Shown here: piece by piece, positions 20,797 through 30,624 of the stretch | Layout of the letters: every line of letters starts with the position of its first letter | Position numbering within the stretch: the first letter of the stretch is position 1 | From: Pseudorhodobacter antarcticus | GTDB taxonomy: Bacteria; Pseudomonadota; Alphaproteobacteria; Rhodobacterales; Rhodobacteraceae | DNA length: 52,520 nucleotides | Direction: 5' to 3' | Assembly: GCA_945871285.1 (NCBI GenBank) | Contig: CAMBWO010000001.1 | Location: 1 to 52,520, forward strand | The notes under the pieces: generated by a model | The model's database searches: none | Told to the model about the DNA's origin: nothing | The model's input: only the letters and a program-made list of their open reading frames with translations | Translations under genes and position numbers: made by a program

Positions 20797-22302
20797 ATGT
20801 ACGAACTGAAAAAGGTCGACAAGAAATTCCCCGGCGTCCATGCGCTGAAGGCGGTGGATTTCCATGTGAACCGGGGTGAGATCGTCGGTCTGGTTGGCGA
20901 AAACGGCGCGGGCAAATCGACGCTGATGAAGGTGATCTATGGCGCCTATCAGCCCGATGGCGGCCAGATCATGATTGACGGCAAGGCCGTGCGCTTTGGC
21001 AACCCCCGCGCCGCGATGGAACAGGGCATCGGGATGGTGTTTCAAGAGCAGTCGCTGATCGCCAACCTGACGGTGATGGAAAACATCTTTCTGGGCTATG
21101 AATCGCAATTCGTGCGCTTTGGCGTGATCAACTGGAAAGCCATGGCCGCGGCAGCGACAAAGCAGCTTGCCAAGGTCAAACTGGACATCGACCCTGGCCT
21201 CGTCACGGCCGAACTGTCCTTTGCGCAGCGCCAGCTGGTGGAACTGGCCAAGGTGCTGACGCTGGAAGAGCGGGTGCAGGGCAATCTTGTGATCCTGCTG
21301 GATGAGCCGACCTCGGTTCTGGCCAAGGAAGAGGTGGACCTGCTGTTCAAGCTGGTGCGCGAATTGACCAGCCGGGCCTCGTTCATCTTCGTCTCGCACC
21401 GGATGGACGAGGTGATGGAGCTGTCGGACCGCATCTATGTCATGAAGGATGGGGCGGTGGTGGATGTGGTGGACCGTGGGCTGAAGACGGTCGAGCAGAT
21501 CCAGCACAAGATGGTGGGCCGCAATGTCGACAAGGAATATTACCGCGAGCAGCGGCAAAAGCCCTTTGATGCATCCCAGGAACTGGTGAAGCTGGCGCAT
21601 GTCGACCTGGTGGGCCGGGTCAAGGACATCAACCTGACCCTGCATCCCGGTGAGGTGCTGTGTCTGGTGGGCACCGAAGGGTCTGGCCGCGAGGCGATCT
21701 TGCGCACCATCTACGGGATGCGCACCCCGGTCGGCGGCACGATCACGATCAAGGGTCAGCCGGTCAGCGGGCTGTCGCCGCAAGGGGCCGTTGCGCGCGG
21801 AGTGGGCTATGTGCCGCGTGAACGCAAGATCGAGGGCATCGTCGGCGGCATGACGGTCTATGAGAACATGACCCTGTCGCAGATGGGCCGCCATTCCCGC
21901 GGCGGGGTGTTGAGGATCGCGGGCGAACGGGCGCTGGCGCGGGAGTGGATCGCCAGGCTGTCGATCAAGGCCAGTTCCGAGATGGCGGATTGCGGCAACC
22001 TTTCGGGGGGCAATCAGCAAAAGGTGGTGCTGGCCAAGTGGCGATCGGGCGGGTCGGACATCATGCTGCTGGATCACCCGACGCGGGGTCTGGATATCGG
22101 CGCCAAGGAGGATGTCTATGACATGATCCGCGACATGTCGGAGGCGGGTGTGGGCATCGTTCTGGTGGCTGATACGCTGGAAGAGGCCATCGGCCTGTCG
22201 CACACCATCATCGTGGTCAAGGACGGCGCGATCCAGAAACAGTTCGACTGCGCCGTCGGAGCGAAACCCTCGCTCTACGACCTTCTTCATTACATGATCT
22301 GA
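20797..22302 (+). CDS. Sugar ABC transporter ATP-binding protein (two ABC domains)
   Basis: GENGAGKST, LDEPT, LSGGNQQKV and PTRGLDIGAK motifs. Confidence 0.93.
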   Translation: MYELKKVDKKFPGVHALKAVDFHVNRGEIVGLVGENGAGKSTLMKVIYGAYQPDGGQIMIDGKAVRFGNPRAAMEQGIGMVFQEQSLIANLTVMENIFLGYESQFVRFGVINWKAMAAAATKQLAKVKLDIDPGLVTAELSFAQRQLVELAKVLTLEERVQGNLVILLDEPTSVLAKEEVDLLFKLVRELTSRASFIFVSHRMDEVMELSDRIYVMKDGAVVDVVDRGLKTVEQIQHKMVGRNVDKEYYREQRQKPFDASQELVKLAHVDLVGRVKDINLTLHPGEVLCLVGTEGSGREAILRTIYGMRTPVGGTITIKGQPVSGLSPQGAVARGVGYVPRERKIEGIVGGMTVYENMTLSQMGRHSRGGVLRIAGERALAREWIARLSIKASSEMADCGNLSGGNQQKVVLAKWRSGGSDIMLLDHPTRGLDIGAKEDVYDMIRDMSEAGVGIVLVADTLEEAIGLSHTIIVVKDGAIQKQFDCAVGAKPSLYDLLHYMI

Positions 22303-22310
22303 GGCAGAAG

Positions 22311-23252
22311 ATGGATTTTCAGCGTTTCAAACCGCATCTGCCCTGGATCACCCTGGTGGTGCTGGTGGCGTTTGTCGGGATGGTGGATGACACGTTCCTG
22401 CGGCCCGCGAACCTTTTGTCCCTGGCGGGCGACATCGTGCCCCTGTTCATCATGGCGCTGGGTCTGACCTTTGCCATCTATATCGGGGGGATCGACCTGT
22501 CGGCGCAGTCCATGGCCAACCTGATCACGGTGGTGGCCTCGGTCTATCTGGCCTCGTTTGGGTGGGGGGTTGCCGTGCTGTGCCTGTTGGTCGGGTTCGG
22601 GTTCGGGATGGTGTCAGGCTATGTCACGACCAGGCTGTTGGTGCCGTCGTTCATCTCGACCCTTGCGGTGGGCGGGGTGGCATTTTCCCTGGCGCAGTTT
22701 CTGTCGGGACAAAGGGCGCTGAACATGGATGCGGCGCAGCGCGATGCGGTCTTTGGCTGGATGATCGGCAAGACGGGGCCGGTGCCCAATGAGCTGTTCA
22801 TTGCGGCGGGTCTGCTGGCGATCACCCTCTTCATCGAACGCCGCACGACCTTGGGGCGGGCGTTGAAGGCGGTGGGGGCGGGCGAGCCTGCGGCGGCGGC
22901 ATCGGGGATCAACGTGGCACGCTACAAGATCCTGGCCTTTGCCATTTCGGGCACTCTGGCGGCGACGGCGGGGTTGTTGTTTGCGGTCAAGCTGTCGGGC
23001 GGCGCGCCGACGATTGCCAACGGGTTTCTGCTGCCGGCGATCGTTGCGGTTCTGGTGGGTGGCACACCTCTGACGGGCGGCGTCGGCGGGGTTTTGAATA
23101 CGGCCATCGGCACGCTGATCGTGGCGGTGATCCGGTCGTCGATGCTGTATTTCAACATTCAGGCCACCCAGCAGCAGATGGTCTTTGGCCTGGTGCTGAT
23201 TGGGGCCATCGCGCTGACCATCGACCGCGCCAAACTGCGCACCGTGAAGTAG
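22311..23252 (+). CDS. Sugar ABC transporter permease
   Basis: GGIDLS, VPSFISTL, GRALKAVG and VLVGGTPLTGG motifs. Confidence 0.9.
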   Translation: MDFQRFKPHLPWITLVVLVAFVGMVDDTFLRPANLLSLAGDIVPLFIMALGLTFAIYIGGIDLSAQSMANLITVVASVYLASFGWGVAVLCLLVGFGFGMVSGYVTTRLLVPSFISTLAVGGVAFSLAQFLSGQRALNMDAAQRDAVFGWMIGKTGPVPNELFIAAGLLAITLFIERRTTLGRALKAVGAGEPAAAASGINVARYKILAFAISGTLAATAGLLFAVKLSGGAPTIANGFLLPAIVAVLVGGTPLTGGVGGVLNTAIGTLIVAVIRSSMLYFNIQATQQQMVFGLVLIGAIALTIDRAKLRTVK

Positions 23253-23258
23253 ACCGCG

Positions 23259-24278
23259 ATGAAAGCCGCCGTCCTCGTCGCCCCCGGCCGCTTTGATGTT
23301 CGCGATGTCCCGATGCCGGATGTCGGGCCGCAGGATGCGCTGATCCGGGTCAGCCGCACAGGAATCTGCGGCACCGACATGCACATCTTTCACGGTCACT
23401 ATGCCGTGGAAAACCTGCCGCTGATCCCGGGGCACGAGTTCTGCGGCACCATTGCCGAAGTTGGCGCCGAGGTTGCTCATCTGGCCGTGGGTCAGCGGGT
23501 CGTGGCCGATATCAACATCGGCTGCGGGACCTGCTATTGGTGCCGCCGCAACGAGATCCTGAACTGCCCCGCCATGACGCAGGTCGGCATCGGGCGGGAC
23601 GGCGCCTTTGCGGAATATGTCGCGGTTCCGGCCAGGCTGGTCATTCCGGCGCCCGATGGCATATCGGACGCCGTGCTGGCGCTGACCGAGCCCGTGTCCT
23701 GCGTGGTGCGCGCCGCGCGCAAGTCTCAGGTCCGGTTTGGCCAATCGGTCGTGATCCTTGGCGCCGGGCCGATGGGCAACCTGCATGTGCAACTGATGCG
23801 GCTTTTGGGGGTCGCGCCGATCATTGTCGCGGACCTGTCGCCAGACCGCTGCCGCATGGCGCTGGAGGTGGGGGCCGACGCCGCCATCAGCGACCCTGCG
23901 GCGCTGCGCGACCGGGTTCTGGCGATGACAGGGGGCCGGGGGGCGGACATGGTGATTGAAAGTGTCGGCTCACCCCGGCTTTACGTCAGCGCCCAGACGT
24001 TGATCCGCAAGGGTGGCCATATCGCCTTTTTTGGCCTGACCGGTCCGGAAGACATTTTGCCGGTCAACATCCTGCAAACCATCCTGCAAGAGAACAGCCT
24101 GAAAGGATCGGTCGCCGGCATGGGCGAAGACATGCATGACGCCCTGGCCCTGTTGAGCCATGGGCGCTTTGCAACCGCAGCTTTCACGACCGCGCGTTAT
24201 GCCCTGGACGACATCCAGACGGCGTTCGAAACCTTTGCCGCCCGTCCGCAGGACCTGAAGACCCAGATCATCCCTTGA
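23259..24278 (+). CDS. Zn-dependent alcohol dehydrogenase (sorbitol/threonine DH-like)
   Basis: GICGTD, GHEF, structural Zn CGTCYWC...C, EP and GAGPMG motifs. Confidence 0.9.
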   Translation: MKAAVLVAPGRFDVRDVPMPDVGPQDALIRVSRTGICGTDMHIFHGHYAVENLPLIPGHEFCGTIAEVGAEVAHLAVGQRVVADINIGCGTCYWCRRNEILNCPAMTQVGIGRDGAFAEYVAVPARLVIPAPDGISDAVLALTEPVSCVVRAARKSQVRFGQSVVILGAGPMGNLHVQLMRLLGVAPIIVADLSPDRCRMALEVGADAAISDPAALRDRVLAMTGGRGADMVIESVGSPRLYVSAQTLIRKGGHIAFFGLTGPEDILPVNILQTILQENSLKGSVAGMGEDMHDALALLSHGRFATAAFTTARYALDDIQTAFETFAARPQDLKTQIIP

Positions 24279-24375
24279 CGAACTGCTGCCCCAGACGGGT
24301 CACCCCCTCTGGCCCCGGTCGACTGCCGCGCAAACCGCGGTCGGACAGGTCCGCCGCCCCCCAGGCCGCCGGGTA

Positions 24376-24825
24376 TCAGCGATAGACCATCAGCAGGTTG
24401 TGACCCTCTTGCACCGCGATCCCGGCATGATTGGTGACCTGAACCTGCAACCGCAAAATCCCCCGGTCGGGGCGTCTGGTCGTCCGCTTTTCCACCACGG
24501 TCAACACGGCGCGGAGGGTGTCGCCCGACAGAACCGGCTGGCAAAAGCGCCACTCCCACCCCAGCGACGCCACGGCGCGAAACTGGGCCTGGGTCTGGTT
24601 CTTCAGCCCGTCCACCAGCGACAGGACCAACAAGCCATGCGCCACGCGCGCGGCAAAGCCGTGACGCTGCGCCGCCTGATCGGTCATGTGAATCTCGAAG
24701 CGGTCGCCGGTCAGGTCGGCAAAGGCGTCGATCATCTGCGGTGTGACCGTCAAAGCTTCGGTTTCGACGCGGTCGCCCAGAGCGACCTCGTCAAAGCCGC
24801 GGTGACCGGGCGCCAAAAGGGTCAT
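24376..24825 (-). CDS. MaoC family dehydratase
   Basis: FADLTGDRFEIH and VAHGLL hydratase motifs, PVLSGDT; ATGA overlap with the AKR gene. Confidence 0.88.
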   Translation of the reverse strand: MTLLAPGHRGFDEVALGDRVETEALTVTPQMIDAFADLTGDRFEIHMTDQAAQRHGFAARVAHGLLVLSLVDGLKNQTQAQFRAVASLGWEWRFCQPVLSGDTLRAVLTVVEKRTTRRPDRGILRLQVQVTNHAGIAVQEGHNLLMVYR

Positions 24826-25838
24826 GCGGGGACCGGCGCATCCTCGCGCAGCAGGCCCCTGGCTTTGAGGTCAGCCCAGAAGCCGGGCGGAATCGGGTGG
24901 CTGAACCAGGCCAGATTTTGCTGCAACTGTTCGACCGTCCGGGTGCCCGCGATGAAGGAGGGGATGGCCGGATGGGCCACGACGAATTGCAGGGCGGCGG
25001 CGGCCAGGGGCACGTTGTGGGCGGCGCAGACCGCCTCGATCCGGGCGACCTTTTCCATCACGGCGGCCGGGGCGGGCGCGTAGTTGTATTTCGCCCCGGG
25101 CCTCGCCCCCGTGGCCAGAATGCCCGAGTTGAAGCCGCCTCCGACCAGCACGGCCACATTGCGCGCCTCGCAGAGCGGCAAGAACTCGTTCAGCGCCTCT
25201 TGCTCCAGCAAGGTATAGCGCCCGGCCAACAGGAAGGCGTCAAAGTCGCGCTGCTTCAGCGCCTCAAGGCAGACTTCCCATTCATTGACGCCGACACCGA
25301 TGGCCCTGAGCAGTTTTTGGTCGCGCAAAGAGGCAAGGGCGCGGTAGCAGCCATCCATCGCCTGCCGGAAAACCTCGGGCTGTTCCGCGCCGCGGGTGAA
25401 GACGTCGATGTCATGGATGAACATGATGTCGATGTATTCCAGCGCCAGTCGTTGCAGACTGTCCTCAAAGGCCCGCATCGTGCCGTCATAGGAATAGTCG
25501 AACTGCAGGGTGAAGGGCGCGGCGTTGGCCCAGGGCGCAAAGTCGATGTCGGCGCGCCGGGCCGGTTTCAGCAGGCGACCCACCTTCGAGGCCAGCACGA
25601 AATCGCTGCGCGTCTTCCAGCGCAGGGCCTGGGCCGTCCGCGCCTCGGCCAATCCATGGCCATACATCGGGGCCGTGTCATACATGCGCACGCCCGCATC
25701 CCAGGCCGTGTCGAACAGGGCCGTCGAGGTTGTCTCGTCAATCTCGCGCAAAAAGTTGCCAACCGGCGCGGTGCCGAATCCGAACGCCGTCACGTTCAGA
25801 TCGGTGCGCCCGAATTTGCGCGTCTGGGTCGGTAGCAT
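24822..25838 (-). CDS. Aldo-keto reductase (pyridoxal 4-dehydrogenase / L-fucose dehydrogenase-like subfamily)
   Basis: GFGTAPVGN, DTAPMYGHG, SKVGR, FDYSYDG, IHD and LLAGRYTLL motifs. Confidence 0.88.
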   Translation of the reverse strand: MLPTQTRKFGRTDLNVTAFGFGTAPVGNFLREIDETTSTALFDTAWDAGVRMYDTAPMYGHGLAEARTAQALRWKTRSDFVLASKVGRLLKPARRADIDFAPWANAAPFTLQFDYSYDGTMRAFEDSLQRLALEYIDIMFIHDIDVFTRGAEQPEVFRQAMDGCYRALASLRDQKLLRAIGVGVNEWEVCLEALKQRDFDAFLLAGRYTLLEQEALNEFLPLCEARNVAVLVGGGFNSGILATGARPGAKYNYAPAPAAVMEKVARIEAVCAAHNVPLAAAALQFVVAHPAIPSFIAGTRTVEQLQQNLAWFSHPIPPGFWADLKARGLLREDAPVPA

Positions 25839-25858
25839 CGGTGCCTCGCTGGGGTTAA

Positions 25859-25874
25859 GTAACTATATGGTTAT
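25859..25874. promoter_or_regulatory. Putative TetR operator (GTAACTAtaTGGTTAT)
   Basis: 2 mismatches to the consensus palindrome; 20 bp upstream of the AKR start. Confidence 0.65.
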
Positions 25875-25934
25875 GTCTACCCCACTTTCCTTCTGCTGCA
25901 AGCCTGTTTCCGGCGCACTTGGGTTTTTTCGCCC

Positions 25935-25979
25935 TTGACCCTGATGGGCGGCCCGCCGATATTGTAACCAGATGGTTAC
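25935..25979 (+). promoter_or_regulatory. Sigma70-like promoter (TTGACC-N17-GATATT) followed by a perfect operator GTAACCAgaTGGTTAC (25964-25979)
   Basis: Exact 17-nt spacing; 7-2-7 perfect palindrome over the likely transcription start of the acyl-CoA dehydrogenase gene. Confidence 0.7.
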
Positions 25980-25994
25980 TAAAGGCATGGCGCG

Positions 25995-27137
25995 ATGTTT
26001 CTGACCGAGACTCACATTCAGGTGCGCGACATGGCGCGGACCTTCGCGGACGAAGTCATCCGTCCCGTGGCCGAGGAACTGGACCGCGAGGAAAAGTTCC
26101 CGGCGGGCCTGTATGACGAAATGGCCAAGCTGGGACTGTTCGGCATTGGCGTGCCCGAAGCTCTGGGCGGGCCGGGGTTCGACACGCTGACCTATGCCTT
26201 GGTGATGGAGGAGCTGTCGCGCGGCTATGCCTCGGTGGCGGACCAGTGCGGCTTGCTGGAGCTGATTTCGTCGTTGCTGGTGCGGCACGGCACGCCGGGG
26301 CAACAGGCCTTGATGCTGGACATGCTGGCGATGAAGACCAAGGTTGCCTATTGCATCACCGAACCCGAGGCCGGGACGGATGTGTCCGGCATCCGCACCA
26401 CGGCCGTCAAGGATCGTGACGGCTGGGTGCTGAACGGCGGCAAGATCTGGATTCACAATGCGCCGGTGGCTGATCTGGGGTTTGTTCTGGCCCGGACAGA
26501 CAAGGACGCGGGCAATCGCGGCATGTCGATCTTTATCGTCGATCTGCATGCCACGGGGGTCACGCGCGGCCCCAAAGAGCACAAGATGGGGCAACGGGCA
26601 AGCCAGGTTGGCGCGCTGGATTTTCAGGATGTGCGTCTGGGTGCGGATGCCTTGCTGGGCACGCAGGGGCGCGGCTTTCACATGATGATGTCGGTGCTGG
26701 ACAAGGGCCGTGTGGGCATAGCCTCGTTGGCCGTGGGCATTGGCCAGGCGGGGTTGGAGGCTGCGGTGGACTATGCCGGCCAGCGCAAGCAGTTCGGCAA
26801 GACGATTTCGGAATTTCAGGGCGTGCAGTGGCTGCTGGCCGATATGGCCAAGGATATCGAAGCCGCCCGGCTGCTTGTGCAATCCGCTGCCGTCAAGATC
26901 GACCGGGGCCAGGATGCGACCAAGGCCTGCTCCATCGCCAAGTGCTTTGCGGGCGACATGGCCGTGGCGCGCACGGCGGATGCGGTGCAGGTGTTCGGCG
27001 GGTCCGGGTATATTCGCGGGTTCGAGGTCGAGCGGTTGTACCGCGACGCCAAGATCACGCAAATCTATGAAGGCACCAACCAGATTCAACGCATGATCAT
27101 CGCGCGCGAATTGCTGAAGAAGGGGGCACGGGCCTGA
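25995..27137 (+). CDS. Acyl-CoA dehydrogenase
   Basis: CITEPEAGTD, NGGKIWI, KMGQRAS, RKQFG, QVFGGSGY and IYEGTNQIQR motifs. Confidence 0.93.
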   Translation: MFLTETHIQVRDMARTFADEVIRPVAEELDREEKFPAGLYDEMAKLGLFGIGVPEALGGPGFDTLTYALVMEELSRGYASVADQCGLLELISSLLVRHGTPGQQALMLDMLAMKTKVAYCITEPEAGTDVSGIRTTAVKDRDGWVLNGGKIWIHNAPVADLGFVLARTDKDAGNRGMSIFIVDLHATGVTRGPKEHKMGQRASQVGALDFQDVRLGADALLGTQGRGFHMMMSVLDKGRVGIASLAVGIGQAGLEAAVDYAGQRKQFGKTISEFQGVQWLLADMAKDIEAARLLVQSAAVKIDRGQDATKACSIAKCFAGDMAVARTADAVQVFGGSGYIRGFEVERLYRDAKITQIYEGTNQIQRMIIARELLKKGARA

Positions 27138-27479
27138 GGAACCTGCATCCCCGAGGTGCGGACCGCAGGGCGCTGGCCAACCCGCTCACGCGGCGGGACA
27201 TCAGGTCCAGATGCAACTGCCGTTGCCCGCCTGTCAGCCGGGGGCCTTTTCTGCTTTGGTTGCTTTGCCGTGACGTCCCATTCCTGCGGGTTTGGCGCGA
27301 TGCTGAACGTGTGGTCGCTCTCCCTCGTCGCCTTGAACCAGAGCGTATCGCCCTTGAACCTGATCAGACGCAACACGGTCCAGGCGGTCCGGCCGGCTGA
27401 AATCAGGTCCCGCATGGTCCGCAGCGGGCAACACACCACCCGGCGCAAGGTCATATGATCCACGACCCGATCCGGCAGC

Positions 27480-27610
27480 CCGCGCTCCGGCCTGGCCGCG
27501 CAATTCGGCGTCGGTCAAAACCTCCTGCCGGATCTGCCGGCCAGTGACCTCTGCCGCGATCCGCGCGAGCGCGCCGAAATCCAGCGCCTCTGGCCCAGTC
27601 AGCGGTGCCG
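27480..27610 (-). pseudogene. NmrA/QorB-like SDR C-terminal remnant
   Basis: LTGPEALDFGALARIAAEVTGRQI resembles the NmrA-family C-terminal segment; no N-terminus visible; boundaries approximate. Confidence 0.5.
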
Positions 27611-28072
27611 TCGGGCCGCCGCACCCCGACCCGATCCTGGCCCTGTCCGCGGGACAGCACCGCCATGTGGCGTTCGGGCGGACCAATCCCGACCACTTCG
27701 CCCTCCTGACCGCGCCAAAGGGGGCAGGGGGCCTGCCGGTGCGCAGGCTCTGACCAGCGACGAACTGGCGTCGCGACCTCTTGCCAAAGGCAATGCGATC
27801 GCACCCGTCTTTCCAAAGGTCGGGTTTGCCAATACGCCTTCGTTCTCCTGTGCCTTCCGTCAGGTTGCAGCCCTGACATCGGCAATGTTTCTGCGTCACC
27901 CAGACTGACCTTGGAGTGCCCGCTTCACCTTTGCTCGTGACCTGCGGGATCAACGCCCCTCCCCGCTGGCCCCGGTGGCGGTCCGGTCGCGCCGCGCCGC
28001 TCCCCCTGCCAAAACGCCTTCCCAAGACCCGCCCGGCCGCTTATCGTTGCGGCAAGGGTGGAAGGGACGAAG

Positions 28073-28486
28073 ATGGGGCAAAGACCTTGGACCGGCGCCT
28101 GCCTTTGTGGGGCTTGCTCCTATGCGGCCGAGGGGGTGCCTTTGGCGAGCCTCATCTGCCATTGCCGCGACTGCCAGCGCGCCTCGGGGGCCGCGGGCTT
28201 GCCGGTCGTGGTGATGCCAAGGCAGGGCTTCGCCGCACAGGGCCCGATCCGCACCTTCACCAGCCTCGGCGGCAGCGGCAGCCCGACCCAACGCAACTTC
28301 TGCACCACGTGTGGCAGCTTGCTGTTCGGCCTGCCCTCACATGCGCCCGGGATCGTCACGCTGTATGCCGGCACGCTTGACGAGCCCTTGCGGTTCGCAC
28401 CGACCTTCGCCCAGTTTACAAGCGAGCGCCACGCCCTTGCCGGCCACGGTCTTGCCTTGATCGCCCATGAAAAGCGGGCACAGTGA
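28073..28486 (+). CDS. GFA (glutathione-dependent formaldehyde-activating / CENP-V) family protein
   Basis: GACLCG, CHCRDCQR and RNFCTTCGS Zn motifs. Confidence 0.88.
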   Translation: MGQRPWTGACLCGACSYAAEGVPLASLICHCRDCQRASGAAGLPVVVMPRQGFAAQGPIRTFTSLGGSGSPTQRNFCTTCGSLLFGLPSHAPGIVTLYAGTLDEPLRFAPTFAQFTSERHALAGHGLALIAHEKRAQ

Positions 28487-28489
28487 CCG

Positions 28490-29040
28490 GACGCCGCGAC
28501 GATCCGCGTTACCCTGTCCCCACGCGCAGCCGCCAAAACCCAGGCCCGGCCCCGGTTGGCACCGAGACGGGCCAGCCTTGACAACATCAGGCCGCTGGTG
28601 ACCGCCGATCCAACCGCCAGCCCAGCCCAGACGCCGGTGATCCCGAGGCTCCCTCCCGCGCTCAGCCACAGGCCAAGCGGCGCACCGATCAGCCAATACC
28701 CCGCCAAAGCATACAGCATCGGGGCACGCGTATCCTTGCGCCCGCGAGGGTCAGACAGATGGCAAGGGCAACACACTGTGTCGAAAGGCCGGCCCCGGTT
28801 GGCCCAAAAGCCGGAACCGCCCGAAACCGGGCATCGGGACCTGATTGCCCAAGGCATTCAGCGGCAGCATGGCGACCGTGACATACCAAAACACCTTGGG
28901 CCGCTCGGCAGCCGTCAGGATCGTGCGGTAAAGCATCACGCCAAGCATCGGGGCAAGCGTCAGCGCCATCGCGCGTATAGCCGCGCCCAGCCTCCAGACG
29001 GGTCTGATCCAGACCAAGGCCCCAGCCAATCGGGGGCGGT
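28490..29040 (-). pseudogene. MATE efflux transporter remnants (middle and C-terminal pieces)
   Basis: C-terminal RGRKDTRAPMLYALAGYWLIGAPLG...GVWAGL, and in another frame LAPMLGVMLYRTILTAAERPK...LPLNALGN; boundaries approximate. Confidence 0.65.
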
Positions 29041-29616
29041 CCAGACCACCGGCACCCAACCCAAGCCCGTCGGCCAGCTTGACGATCCGCGCCCGGTGCG
29101 CTTCGGTCCAGGCTTTCAGGTCCACACCGCCGTCATTGGGAACCGGCGTCATGTCGCGCGTCGGCAGGAAATAGACCCCGCTGTCATCGGTAAAGAAGAA
29201 CTCGGTCGTGTTGAACCCGGCCGAGGACGGAAAGCTGCGCCCACCGGCCGCCGCAGTATAGTTCGGCAGCCTGCCCGCATAGGCAGGGTGGTGTTCAAAC
29301 AGATTGACCCAGCCGGTGTTCCCCGCGACGGTCGAGATCAGCAGCATCTGCTCTGTCGGGTCCAGGGCCTCGGGTGCCTCGGTCGAGGTATAGGCGAGCG
29401 GCCCGTTCGGGATGCGCGCCCCTTGGCAAAGCGGCGCGAGCGGCGACCGTGGATCGCCTCGATCAGGCCACGCGACAGCGGGGACTGGGTAACAAGCATG
29501 ATCCTGCCTTTCGTTGCAAGGGGTTCGCCCTGGGCAAAGCCCAGGCCGGTGAAACGTGCGCCTGTTGCGGCAAGGCTGCTGCCGAGAAGGCGTCGGCGGG
29601 TGAAGCGGACAGTCAT
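29040..29616 (-). pseudogene. Nitroreductase-like protein N-terminal fragment with Tat-like leader, frameshifted and truncated
   Basis: TRRRLLG leader; IEAIHGRRSRRF; frameshift in a G-run near 29420; continues IPNGPLAYTS...GRSFPSSAG; fused to the MATE remnant. Confidence 0.55.
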
Positions 29617-29627
29617 TGGACCACCCG

Positions 29628-29837
29628 TCAGCCGGAGTAGGGGTCGTGCAGCGCCCGGATCGCCATCTGGTCGATCGTGTCGCGTTCGCTGCCGATGTCG
29701 CGCAGCTTGCGGTCCGAAAGTGTGTCAAGGTCCGCAGGGGTTGCGCGCCGGCGGCCGTGCTGTGTCGGCCAAAGCCACAGGCGCCGCCCAAAGGGCTGCG
29801 GGCGAAAGATCGTTGTCGTGTCGGTCTTCGTGTCCAT
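29628..29837 (-). CDS. DUF1127 domain small protein
   Basis: 69 aa with RRR...LDTLSDRKLRDIG, the typical DUF1127 signature; AAGGA immediately upstream. Confidence 0.7.
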   Translation of the reverse strand: MDTKTDTTTIFRPQPFGRRLWLWPTQHGRRRATPADLDTLSDRKLRDIGSERDTIDQMAIRALHDPYSG

Positions 29838-29902
29838 CCTTGGCTGTGCGCGGCCGACATGGCCGGGCGGCCCTCTGTTCGCATGGCCTCAAAGCGTTGC
29901 GC

Positions 29903-30567
29903 ATGCCGACACCGTTTGCGCCAAAAAAGATATCGGTTTGCCTGGTTGCGATCCCCGAGGTCTCCGTCGGGGTGTTGCACGGGTTTTTCGAGGTCTTTTC
30001 GTTTGTGGGAAGCGGTTGGGAAATGCTGACCGGCTGGCCCCAGGGTCCGCGCCGGTTTTTGCCGCGGATCGTCGCCGTTAACCGCGAACCGTTTTTGAAC
30101 ACCGTTGGTTTGCCCATCCATCCCGACCTGTCGCTGGCCGAGGCAAAGCGGGCCGACATCGTCATCATCCCGGACCTGGGCATCGCGCGCGACGAGGACA
30201 CGCGGAACCGCTGGCCAGAGGTCGCGGCCTGGCTCAGGATGCAGCATGGGCAGGGTGCGCTGATCTGTTCGGTCTGCACCGGATCCTTGCTGTGGCGGGG
30301 ATGACCACGGCCTCGGGCCTGACCGCGCGCACCTTCAAGCGCCGGTTCAAGTCGGCCACACGATACACCCCCCTTGATGACGTGCTGTCCCTGCGCCTGG
30401 AAGAGGCGAAACAGATGCTCGAGGCCTCCGACACTGCCATCGACAAGATTGCCCAGCAGGTGGGCTATGCCGAACCGGCCGCCTTCAGACGGCTCTTCAA
30501 GCGGTCGACCGGGATCGCGCCGCTGCACGACCGACAGCGGTTCCAGCATGTCACCGCGCTGGATTAG
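29903..30567 (+). pseudogene. GlxA/AraC family regulator with internal deletion and frameshift
   Basis: DJ-1/PfpI-like N-domain ending ICSVCTGSLL at about 30292, then an AraC HTH in another frame (RTFKRRFK...VGYAEPAAFRRLFKR); the central part is missing. Confidence 0.8.
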
Positions 30568-30624
30568 GCGTGGCCGGTCGGCGGGGCCCCTCACGCTGCC
30601 CTGTCCGCGTCTCAGACGTTCCCT

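Noticed and set aside
20734-23792. Long antisense ORFs (for example 20734-22290, also 5998-7545 and 46257-47996)
   Set aside because: These are shadows of real genes expected from high-GC codon bias and show no family motifs.
29500-29627. Cuckoo/CcsR-type sRNA repeats downstream of the DUF1127 gene
   Set aside because: No CCTCCTCCC hairpin repeats are present, and the next gene remnant starts 11 bp later.
28556-30304. 582-aa plus-strand and 498-aa minus-strand ORFs as novel large proteins
   Set aside because: They are chimeras: the plus ORF is antisense sequence running into the GlxA N-terminus, and the minus ORF joins nitroreductase-like and MATE fragments.
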